Positions 10,371-18,990 of a stretch of DNA of 64,000 nt are shown here, piece by piece. The first letter of the stretch is position 1, and each line of letters begins with the position of its first letter. The DNA comes from an uncultured Acidobacteriota bacterium (GTDB lineage Bacteria > Acidobacteriota > Vicinamibacteria > Vicinamibacterales > CAVVIG01). The notes below the pieces were generated by a model. That model was not told where the DNA came from. It saw only the letters and a list, made by a program, of their open reading frames with translations, and did not search any database. A program made the position numbers and the translations under genes. The stretch is taken from assembly GCA_963794305.1 (NCBI GenBank), contig CAWCDQ010000012.1, positions 7,884-71,883 of the forward strand, given 5' to 3'.

Positions 10371-10906
10371 CGTCTCGAGCGCGGTTTCACCCGGTACTTC
10401 ACCAGCACGCAGCCGTTCTTGAACGGACGGCATTCCAGCAGCTCCAAATCGATCTGGCGCGTCATTTCATGGAACAGTGGGATCCCGGAGCCGAGCAGCA
10501 CCGGATGGATGTTGAAGCCGACTTCGTCGATAAGGCCCGCCTCGAAAAAGGACCTTGCCAGCTCGCCGCCGCCCATCAAGCAGATGTCCTTGCCGCGTTG
10601 TTGCTTCAATTGCCGGACGAATTCGACGGCGTCGGTGGCGACGATGGTGACGGCTCCGTCCGCATCGTCTGTACACGTTCGCGAGAAAACATAGGTCTGC
10701 TTGCCGGGATACGGCGCCTTACCATTGCTGTGCCGCAGGGCGACCTCGTAGGTCTTTCGGCCCATGAGCACGGTGTCGAACGTCTTCCAGTACGCAGCGG
10801 TCACTGCCGCCGCTTCATCGCTCCAGCGCAGCCAGTCGGTCGAGTGGTCCTTCCGCGCGAAGTAGTTGTCCAGGCTGTTCGCGCCGCCGAAGACGACCTT
10901 GCGCAT
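10349..10906 (-). CDS. dihydrofolate reductase family protein (RibD C-terminal domain type)
   Basis: Intact 185 aa. MRKVVFGGANSLDNYFARKD..VLMGRKTYE..ICLMGGGELARSFFEAGLIDEVGFNIHPVLLGSGIPLF. Confidence 0.8.
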   Translation of the reverse strand: MRKVVFGGANSLDNYFARKDHSTDWLRWSDEAAAVTAAYWKTFDTVLMGRKTYEVALRHSNGKAPYPGKQTYVFSRTCTDDADGAVTIVATDAVEFVRQLKQQRGKDICLMGGGELARSFFEAGLIDEVGFNIHPVLLGSGIPLFHEMTRQIDLELLECRPFKNGCVLVKYRVKPRSRRQASDPR

Positions 10907-10954
10907 AGGCCCTCCGCGAATGCGATGGTGATTCTACTCGGCCGGAGCCGCGGG

Positions 10955-12157
10955 TCATCCCGTCGCCGGCGGGACGCCGACGTACTTGGCGCGCGGGCGG
11001 ATCAGTTGTCCGGTCGCGTACTGCTCGATGGCGTGTCCGATCCAGCCGACGCTCCGGCCGATGGCGAAGAGCATCAGCGGCGCACCGCGCGTCAGCTTGA
11101 GCACGCGCGCGACCGCGGCGAGGCCGAAGTCGATGTTCGGGTGCTCGCCGGTGGCGGCAGTGGCGGCGTGCGCGAACTCCTTGACGAACCGCTGCTCGGC
11201 CGACTTCGGGTAGCGCTCGCCCAGCAAATCCAGAAGCAGTCGCGCGCGCGGATCGCCGTCGCGGTACAGAGGGTGTCCGAAACCGTCGATCGATTCGCCG
11301 CGGCGCAGCCGATCGCCGACCGCCGCGTGCAGCGAACGTCCGCGGCGGCTCAACGATTCCAGCATCGATTCCGCCCGGGCGCTGGCTCCGCCATGCTTCG
11401 GTCCTTCGAGGGCCGCCAGTCCGGCGATGACGACGGCGTAGGGATGCGAGCCGGCTGACGCGACGCAGCGCGCGGTGAAGGAGGACACGTTCAATTCGTG
11501 ATCGGCAGACAGGACGAGAGCCGCGCGCACGATCTCCGCGCCCGCGGCGCCGACGCGCCAATGCCGCGCGAGCGCGGCGTCGACCGTCGATCCACCGGGG
11601 TCCGAGGCGGTCGCGGCCCTGGTGAGGAGCCGAAGGATCCGTCCACCCGTCAGCGCCACGCTCGCCGGTCGAAGATCGAAGGCGAGCGGATCGCGAGCGG
11701 CGGCGGCCGCGAGCATCGTCTGCGCGCGCGTGATGAACGGATCGGACGCCTTTGCCGGCGCGAGATGCGCGATGGAGGTTGCCCGCGTCGTCTCGAATTG
11801 CCCCGTCCAGATCAACGCGGCGACTTCCTCGAGCGATCGCGAACGCGCGAGCGTCGCCACGTCCTGGCCGCGATAGAACAACCGGCGGCCGTCGATCAAC
11901 GCGATCGACGACTCCAGAATCGGCATGCCCCATTGCAGCGCGCGGGCCGCCGCCTTGTCCGGCTCGCGGCGTTCCTCGGTTCGCCGGCGCAGGCGCTCCA
12001 CATCGTCTCGCGAGTACGTCCGCTCTCTCGTCGAGCCGGGAGACGCCTGGGAGCGGACGAACCCGCGGCTGACGTACGCGTACAGCGTCGTGCGGCTGAC
12101 GCCAAGGAGTTGTGACGCCTCCGCGGCGCCGATCCACGCATGATGTCCGTCGTTCAT
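10955..12157 (-). CDS. citrate synthase-like protein with N-terminal MerR/excisionase-type HTH domain
   Basis: The real start is ATG 12157 (MNDGHHAWIGAAEASQLLGVSRTTLYAYVSRGFV). The listed 625-aa ORF extends upstream only as the antisense shadow of the next gene. The citrate synthase core is present (..EGPKHGGA.., ..DGFGHPLYRDGDPRA.., ..PNIDFGLA.., ..LIRPRAKYVG). Confidence 0.8.
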   Translation of the reverse strand: MNDGHHAWIGAAEASQLLGVSRTTLYAYVSRGFVRSQASPGSTRERTYSRDDVERLRRRTEERREPDKAAARALQWGMPILESSIALIDGRRLFYRGQDVATLARSRSLEEVAALIWTGQFETTRATSIAHLAPAKASDPFITRAQTMLAAAAARDPLAFDLRPASVALTGGRILRLLTRAATASDPGGSTVDAALARHWRVGAAGAEIVRAALVLSADHELNVSSFTARCVASAGSHPYAVVIAGLAALEGPKHGGASARAESMLESLSRRGRSLHAAVGDRLRRGESIDGFGHPLYRDGDPRARLLLDLLGERYPKSAEQRFVKEFAHAATAATGEHPNIDFGLAAVARVLKLTRGAPLMLFAIGRSVGWIGHAIEQYATGQLIRPRAKYVGVPPATG

Positions 12158-12158
12158 A

Positions 12159-12174
12159 TTGATTCGCCAATCAA
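12159..12174. promoter_or_regulatory. perfect inverted repeat TTGATTcgccAATCAA in the divergent intergenic region (candidate operator)
   Basis: 6-4-6 palindrome read directly, 2 nt upstream of the start of the HTH-citrate-synthase gene. It is flanked by the direct repeat ACGTTGAC at 12174-12181 and 12201-12208. Confidence 0.4.
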
Positions 12175-12176
12175 CG

Positions 12177-12205
12177 TTGACAGCATCATACATGGGCGCT
12201 ACGTT
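12177..12205 (+). promoter_or_regulatory. candidate sigma70-type promoter (TTGACA-N17-TACGTT) for the citrate synthase gene
   Basis: Consensus -35 at 12177-12182 and a -10-like TACGTT at 12200-12205. The predicted transcription start would fall at or next to ATG 12212, giving a leaderless or near-leaderless mRNA. Confidence 0.3.
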
Positions 12206-12211
12206 GACGGT

Positions 12212-13351
12212 ATGGCGAGCAGTGGACTGGACGGAGTCGTCGCGGCGACGACGCAGCTGAGTCTCGTCGACGGCGAGCGCGGCGAGCTCGTCATCGCGGG
12301 GTACCGGATCGACGATCTTGCGGAACATGCCACGTTCGAGGAAACGACGTGGCTGCTGTGGCACGGCGATCTTCCCTCGACCGAGCAGCTGGACGCCTTC
12401 CGCGGCGACCTCGCCGCGGTTCGCGTCATTCCCGATGCGACCCTCACGCTGCTCCGCGAGTGCGCGCATCGCGATCTCGACGTGATGGACGCGCTGCGCA
12501 TCGCCGCGGGGACGCTCTCGCTCGTCTCCGACGAGGCGACGGGCATCGTCGCGCGCGTTCCCACGATCGTCGCCGCCTATTGGCGGCTGCGGCGCGGACA
12601 GGAGCCGGTGGCGCCGCGCACGGACCTCGGCCACGCCGCCAACTTTCTCTACATGCTGAGCGGAGATGTTCCGCTTCCAGAGCGGGTCCGGGGACTCGAG
12701 ACGTATCTCAACACGGTGATCGATCACGGTCTCAATGCCTCGACGTTCACCGCGCGGGTGATCACGTCCACCGGATCCGATCTGGTGTCTGCCGTCGTCG
12801 GCGCGCTGGGCGCGCTCAAGGGCCCGCTTCATGGCGGCGCGCCAGGGCCGGCGCTGGACATGGTGTTCGAGATCGGCGACGCATCACGCGCCGAGGCCGT
12901 TCTGCGCCGGAAGATCGAGACGGGCGAGAAGCTGATGGGCTTCGGACATCGCGTCTACAAGGTGCGCGACCCCAGGGCCGACGTGCTCGCAAAGGCGGCC
13001 GAACGGATGTTCACGCGCGCGGGCGACATGTCGCTCTACACGCTCGCTCGATCGGTCGAGGCTGAAGCGCTGCGGCTGCTCGAAATCTACAAGCCGGGTC
13101 GACGGCTTCAAACCAACGTGGAGTTCTATACGGCGCTGCTCCTCCACGGTCTCGGATTCGACGTGCCGCTCTTCACTCCCACGTTCGCGGTGAGCCGCGT
13201 GAGCGGATGGATCGCCCACGCGTTCGAGCAGCGACGCGCGAATCGAATCATCCGGCCCCAGTCGGAGTACGTGGGCCCACGCGACCGGAAGTGGGCGCCG
13301 CTTTCACAGCGCGTCGAATCTGCCGCGACGGAAATGAGCAGCCTCCTCTGA
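12212..13351 (+). CDS. citrate synthase (short, approximately 380-aa type)
   Basis: Motifs GPLHGGAPGPAL, MGFGHRVYKVRDPRA and RIIRPQSEYVGP. Start taken at MASSGLDGVVAA. The listed ORF start at 12140 overlaps the divergent gene. Confidence 0.85.
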   Translation: MASSGLDGVVAATTQLSLVDGERGELVIAGYRIDDLAEHATFEETTWLLWHGDLPSTEQLDAFRGDLAAVRVIPDATLTLLRECAHRDLDVMDALRIAAGTLSLVSDEATGIVARVPTIVAAYWRLRRGQEPVAPRTDLGHAANFLYMLSGDVPLPERVRGLETYLNTVIDHGLNASTFTARVITSTGSDLVSAVVGALGALKGPLHGGAPGPALDMVFEIGDASRAEAVLRRKIETGEKLMGFGHRVYKVRDPRADVLAKAAERMFTRAGDMSLYTLARSVEAEALRLLEIYKPGRRLQTNVEFYTALLLHGLGFDVPLFTPTFAVSRVSGWIAHAFEQRRANRIIRPQSEYVGPRDRKWAPLSQRVESAATEMSSLL

Positions 13352-13702
13352 TCATGAGCCTCCCGCCGAATGCGCGTCCCTCGTGTGCTGACATAGAATT
13401 GCTGTTCGCCGCCTATGCAGAGGTACAGGGCGGCGGGACCTCGGCAGCGCGAATTGACAGGGGGCGGGAGAAAACTCACAGGGATAAAGGGTTGCTCTCC
13501 CTCATCTTTCTTCCTTGACTTGTCCAAGCCCAGCCTCGCATACCCCGGTTAACGCGGATATTAGTCTTCGCTTGGGATGACAAGTTGGTTTTGAAGACAG
13601 CCTCGTAATTCCACGATCGCTGAGATAACTGACGTTTTTCGGTCGAGCCGATGAGCCTTCGCTGGCACGCCATTGGCTGTGTCCGCGACACATTGGACTG
13701 AT

Positions 13703-14839
13703 ATGGCCGCCAACAAAGACGCGATTCCACGGGAAGAGCATCCACTAGCGGCCGAGCCGCTGCCTGTTCGTACGCCCAGGCCGCACAAAGCTCCGGCCGC
13801 ATCGCGGCCACCCAGCTCCTTCATGAAGCTCCTGTCGGGCCGAAAGGCAGAGGGGCCGATCGCCGACTTTCCGAGCGAGAAGAAAGTATCGGCACGCACG
13901 ATCTGGCTGGTCGCCGCCGCCGCCCTCGGCGTCGCTCTCGCCGTGGCACTGGCGATGTTCGTGCCGCGATGGTGGGCCGGCACGCCGGTGCCTCAAGTTG
14001 GACAGCTCGCCGTCATCTCTCAGCCTGCCGGCGCCGAAGTGATCGTCGACGGGCAGCCGCGCGGCATCACGCCGTTGACGCTTTCACTGCCGAGCGGCGC
14101 GCACAGTCTGCAGCTCAATCGGGCCGAGGTCTCGCGAAGCTTCGAGGTCAACATCAAGGCCGGCGCCGAGGTTCTGCACCACGTGGACCTGGAGCCGCGA
14201 CAGGCGGCGCCGCAAGGGGGACAACTCGTCGTCAGCTCCGACCCGCCGGGCGCGCGCGTGACGGTGGACGGTCAGGCCCGCGGTGTGTCGCCGGTCACGG
14301 TCGACGATCTTTCAGCCGGTCAGCACGCCGTCGTGATTCACGGCGACTCCGGCTCCGTCCAGCGGACCGTGTCAATTCAGCGCGGGCAAACGGCTTCACT
14401 CGTCGTGTCGATGAACCAGGGGTCGTCGTTCGGCTGGGTCTCGATTACCTCGCCGTTCGTCCTGCAGGTCTTCGAAAACGATCGCCGGCTCGGCACCACG
14501 GAAACCGACCGCATCATGATGTCGGCAGGGAAGCACACCCTCAAGATGGTGAATGCGAAACTGGGCTATCAGCGAACGCAGGCGGTGCAGGTGCCGGCGA
14601 ACGCCGCCTTCAACCTGAAGATCGAAGTGCCCGATGGCGTGGTGAACCTGAACGCGCTCCCGTGGGCTGAAGCCTGGATCGATGGCCGGCGGGTCGGCGA
14701 CACGCCGCTCGGCAACCTCAAGCTCCCGATCGGCGAGCACGAGGCGTTGTTCCGCAATCCACAATTCGGAGAACGGCGCCTGAACTTCGTCGTGAACGCC
14801 AGTGAACCAACCCGTGTTTCTGTGGATCTCCGGAAATGA
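13703..14839 (+). CDS. PEGA domain-containing membrane-anchored protein
   Basis: One TM segment (IWLVAAAALGVALAVALAMFV) followed by several PEGA repeats (ISQPAGAEVIVDGQPRGITPLTL; VSSDPPGARVTVDGQARGVSPVTV; WAEAWIDGRRVGDTPL). Confidence 0.8.
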   Translation: MAANKDAIPREEHPLAAEPLPVRTPRPHKAPAASRPPSSFMKLLSGRKAEGPIADFPSEKKVSARTIWLVAAAALGVALAVALAMFVPRWWAGTPVPQVGQLAVISQPAGAEVIVDGQPRGITPLTLSLPSGAHSLQLNRAEVSRSFEVNIKAGAEVLHHVDLEPRQAAPQGGQLVVSSDPPGARVTVDGQARGVSPVTVDDLSAGQHAVVIHGDSGSVQRTVSIQRGQTASLVVSMNQGSSFGWVSITSPFVLQVFENDRRLGTTETDRIMMSAGKHTLKMVNAKLGYQRTQAVQVPANAAFNLKIEVPDGVVNLNALPWAEAWIDGRRVGDTPLGNLKLPIGEHEALFRNPQFGERRLNFVVNASEPTRVSVDLRK

Positions 14840-15820
14840 AAGAACGGCTTTCCTGCGCGATTCTGGTATCGCTGGTCCTGGGCCTGGGGAGTGCCAGCGC
14901 ACAATCCAACCAGCCGCTCGACGATGCGAAGACGTTGTACGATTCAGCCTCCTTCGACGAGGCTCTCCAACTGCTGGACGGTCTGGGCCGGACGCAGCCG
15001 GAAACCGACGTCGAAGAGGTCCAACGCTACCGCGCGCTCTGCCTGCTCGCGCTCAACAGGACGAACGACGCGCAGAAGGCCATTGAAATCGTCTTCTCCC
15101 GCGATCCGCTCTACCGGCTCTCTCCGGGCGAGGCGCCGCCTCGCATGCAGGCGGCGTTTGCTGAAGTCAGAAAGCGGTTGCTGCCGTCTGTCACCGAGCA
15201 GTTGTATGCGGCGGCGAAACTGAGCTTCGATAAGAAGGAGTACACACTCGCCGCCACCCAGTTTCAGGATCTGCTCACGTTTCTCGACGACGACGACGCC
15301 AAATCGCTGCCGAGCCTGAAGGAATTTCGCATGCTCGCGACCGGCTTTCACGATCTCAGCGCGTCGGCCGCCGCGGTGAACGTCGCGAAGTCGAACCCGC
15401 CGGCTCCCGCGCCGGCAGAACCGGTTCCGTGCGCCTCAGACCAACGCTCGAGCCACTGCAGCGAATCAAATCGTGCCGGCGAACCAGGTGCCGTCACCAG
15501 GTCAGGCCGCGGCCTCTCAAGTGGTCTCCGAGGATTCTGCGGGTGGCGTTCTTCAGCCTCCGGTCGCAATCAAACAGCAGATGCCGATCTGGGTCGCGTC
15601 GAAGACCCTGCTGCCGAAGGGCAGTACCGGCAAGCTGCGGCTGATCATCGACGAACGCGGCAACGTCGAGGAAGCACGAATGGTGGAATCGGTCCATTCC
15701 GTCTACGACGCACTGCTCATCTCCGCGACGCGTTTATGGAAATATGAGCCGGCGAAACTGGATGGCCGTCCGGTGCGCTACGCGAAGATGATTCAGATCG
15801 TGCTGAATCCGGCGCCCTAG
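14836..15820 (+). CDS. TPR-like / TonB C-terminal domain protein (1 frame break near 15420)
   Basis: ATGA overlap with the PEGA gene stop. Signal peptide (LVSLVLGLGSASAQ), a helical TPR-like region, and a Pro/Ala linker. The TonB_C domain lies in ORF 15473-15820 (PPVAIKQQMPIW..GKLRLIIDERGNVEEARMVESVHSVYDALLISATRLWKYEPAKLDGRPV). Confidence 0.7.
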
Positions 15821-15860
15821 CATCTCAAAACGTCCGGGCCCGTTTGATAGACTACGGGCC

Positions 15861-16703
15861 ATGCGACCACGCGCGACAGCGCGCCTGCGTCTGCCGTCGC
15901 GCGCGACTCTCGCCTGGGTTTTCGCTGCGCTCCTCGCAGCGCCCGCGACCGCACACGCTCAGACAGACGAAATCCAGGTGTACGACGGCGGTCTCGCGCC
16001 GGTCGGCGTATTCAATCTCACCGTTCACAACAACTTCACGCCGATTGGAGTCACGAAGCCGGCGTTTCCCGGCGCGGTGATCGCGGACAAGTCGTTCAAC
16101 GGCGTGCCGGAGTGGGCGCTGGGCGTCACGCCGTGGTTCGAGGCCGGGCTCTACCTGCCGCTGTACAGCAGGGACAAAGTCACCGGCTTCGGCCTGGACG
16201 GGTTCAAGTTGCGGGCGCTGTTCGCCGTGCCGAACGCGGACGATCGACGGTTCTTCTACGGCGCAAACTTCGAGTTCAGCGTCAACGCGCACCGGTGGGA
16301 CACCGCGCGCTTCAGCTCGGAGGTGCGCCCCATCATCGGCTGGCACCTCAAGCCGATCGACATCATCATCAATCCCATCGTCGACACCGCGTACGACGGG
16401 CTGAAGAACCTCGAGTTCGTGCCGGCGACGCGCGTGGCGTACAACTTTTCCTCGGGCTGGACGCTGGCGGCCGAGGAGTACGCCGATTTCGGACCAATCC
16501 ACGCGTTCGCGCCGCGCGGCGAACAGGTACACCAGATTTACGCCGTGGTGGATCGCACCTGGAAGGAATGGGAGATCGAGGGCGGCATCGGCGTGGGGTT
16601 GACCGACGCGTCGGACCGTCTCACGTTCAAGCTGATTCTCGCGCGCGACCTGAACAAGCACTCTACCGGTCGTTCGAGTGTTCCTGCGCCCGCGCACCCA
16701 TGA
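15861..16703 (+). CDS. outer-membrane beta-barrel protein (MetA-pathway/transporter-like)
   Basis: Intact 280 aa. Signal peptide ending AHAQ, alternating beta-strand pattern with aromatic girdle residues, and a start motif TDEIQVYDG. Confidence 0.55.
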   Translation: MRPRATARLRLPSRATLAWVFAALLAAPATAHAQTDEIQVYDGGLAPVGVFNLTVHNNFTPIGVTKPAFPGAVIADKSFNGVPEWALGVTPWFEAGLYLPLYSRDKVTGFGLDGFKLRALFAVPNADDRRFFYGANFEFSVNAHRWDTARFSSEVRPIIGWHLKPIDIIINPIVDTAYDGLKNLEFVPATRVAYNFSSGWTLAAEEYADFGPIHAFAPRGEQVHQIYAVVDRTWKEWEIEGGIGVGLTDASDRLTFKLILARDLNKHSTGRSSVPAPAHP

Positions 16704-17572
16704 GCATGCCGATCATGCTGCGCGCGTTCCCTTCGTGGCACGCGTACTCGTAGATCGGACCGGCCGTTTTCTTCAGCGGAAACATGGCCGTGAACGGTCG
16801 CGTCCACGTCGACGGATCCTCGGCCGTGAACCTGATACTCGATCGTGTCGGCATCGGTGCGCGTGAAGCGTTCGACCAGATGCAGGTGCTCGGTCGATCC
16901 CCGAAATGCCGTCTTGTCGGTGAAGCCGACCGTGTCGACGACCAGCGTCGAGCCTTCCCAGCGTCCGCGTGAATCGCCCATCCATCGCGGGATCTCGCCG
17001 TGCGCACGGCCATCCATCGGCACGATGCGCGCGTCGTGGATCATCTCGGACACGATCGCCACGTAGCCGCGCGTCTGGATGATCTGGACGTTGTTGTTGT
17101 AGACGCCCGGCAGCATCGGCGGCCCCGCGACGGACCAGTTGAGGCACCGTTCGTTGAGGGCCCGATCCTCCGGGCCGTCGGCCGGGCCGCGCGCGCGTCG
17201 CGCCTGAGCCCGCGCCGCCGCGCGCTGCTGCGCCTCGGCGGTCTGCGCCGGCACCCGTCCGTCGGTCGGATCGACGATGAGCGACGTGCGGCCGTTGGTC
17301 AGGAACCGCGTGCCGGGATCCCACCAGTCGGGCCCCGCCGTATTGTTCGTGGTGCTCTGACGCTCGATGGTCGCCCGCTCGTATTCGGCGGCTTCCGCCG
17401 GCGTGAGCGTCGCCCTCGCGGCGAGGTCGCGCGGCCGCTCGAGCGGCGTCATCGTCGCGTAGGTCCAGATGCCTTCGAGGTCGCCGGAGGCGGGATGCTG
17501 CGCGTGAATCGCCAGCGATGCCGCCAGGATTGACGCGACGAGACTGCACGCCGCCGACGCGCGATAGGCCAT
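16663..17572 (-). CDS. conserved secreted hypothetical protein, paralogue 1 (1 frame break near 16830)
   Basis: Signal peptide (LVASILAASLAIHAQ). The core LIVDPTDGRVP..YNNNVQIIQTRGYVAIVSEMIHDARIVPMDGR..WEGSTLVVDTVGF..HLVERFTR continues in ORF 16663-17013 (..PIYEYACHEGN..). By eye it is about 50% identical to CDS 27543-28476. Confidence 0.6.
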
Positions 17573-17685
17573 CTCCCGCCGACCTCCCGGGTGCTATTAT
17601 CGCCCGCGTTATCGGTCGTGGCGGGGGAATCGACGCGGTCCCCGCAGCTGGTCGCACCGCATGTTCCGCTGAAGAAGGAGCACCC

Positions 17686-18965
17686 GTGACGAACATATTG
17701 CCGCCTCGTCGCACCGTTGCGATCGCCCTGCTGGCGTTGTCGTTGACCGCGGCCACACCCAGCGGCAGGCCGGAGGACGTCGGTATGTCGTCGGAGCGCC
17801 TCCAGCGCATCAACGACGTCGTCAAGACCTACATCGACGCCGGCCAGATTTCCGGCGCCGTGACCATGGTGTCGCGCAAGGGCCGCATCGCGCATTACGA
17901 GGCGCAGGGCCTCATGGATATCGAAGCGAAGACAGCCGATGCGCAAGGACGCGATCTTCCGCATGGCGTCGATGTCGAAGCCGGTGACCGGCGTGGCGAT
18001 CCTGATGCTCATGGAAGAAGGGAAGCTGCGCCTCACCGATCCGGTGTCGCGGTTCATTCCGGAGTTCAAGAACCCGAAGGTGGCGATGCTGAAAGCCGGC
18101 GGCCGGGCCGACGCCGCCCGTCGCACAAGGTCAGCGCCCGCCCGAGCCGGAGATCTACACCGTGCCGGCCGAGCGCGAGCTGACGATTCGCGATCTGATG
18201 ACGCACACCAACGGCCTTGAAACCGGCGGGCCCGGATCGCGCGAAGGCGGACGGATTTCGCCGCGAAACACCAGCAGCAACCTGGCGGCGTACGTGCCGA
18301 CGCTTGGCGCGGTCCCGCTCGATTTCCAGCCCGGCACGAAGTGGCAGTACAGCGCGCTCGCGGGCATCGAGACGCTCGGTCGCATCGTCGAGATCGCGTC
18401 GGGAATGACGTTCGATCAGTTTCTGCAGAAGAGAATCTTCGAGCCGCTCGGGATGAAGGACACGGCGTTCTTCCCGACCGACGATCGCAAGGCGCGCGTC
18501 GTCACGCTCTACGAGCGCAAGCCGTCGGGGCTGTCGCGCATCGAAACGCCGTCCTGGCTGGCGACCACGACGCTGTTCTCGGGCGGCGGCGGACTGTGGT
18601 CGACGCCGGAGGACTACATGCAGTTTGCGCAGATGCTGGTGAACGGCGGACAGCTGAACGGCAAGCGTCTCCTCAGCCCGCTCACCGTGGATCTGATGGC
18701 GTCGAATCACGTCGGCGATCTGTACTCGGGAGTGGCGCAGCGGCTGAAGGGCATGGGCTTCGGTCTCACCGTCGAAGTCGTGATGGACAACGTGTCGGCG
18801 AACCGCCGCGAGTCGAACGGCAGCTTCGGGTGGGACGGCGCCTTCGGCACGCATTTCTGGGTCGATCGCAAGGAGCAGCTCGTCGGGCTGCTGATGGTGC
18901 AGGAGTCCAACGGTCAGCTGATGCGCGACTTCGAGAACGCGGTGATGCAGGCCATCGTCGAATAG
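17686..18965 (+). CDS. serine hydrolase, beta-lactamase (class C / D-aminopeptidase-like) family (2 frame breaks near 17935 and 18140)
   Basis: SD GAAGGAG before GTG 17686. SxxK active-site motif in FRMASMSKPVTGVAILML. The body lies in ORF 18162-18965 (..LLSPLTVDLMASNHVG..GWDGAFGTHFWVD). Confidence 0.8.
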
Positions 18966-18990
18966 CGCGTGATCGGCTGAGAGGTTCGCC

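Noticed and set aside
12158-12832. N-terminal 224-aa extension of the 625-aa ORF 10955-12832
   Set aside because: The extension is the antisense of the citrate synthase gene. The real protein starts at MNDGHHAW (12157) with the HTH domain.
13207-13811. Small ORFs (103, 111 and 79 aa) in the low-GC gap
   Set aside because: They show no third-position GC bias, no SD and no motifs. The region is better explained as non-coding.
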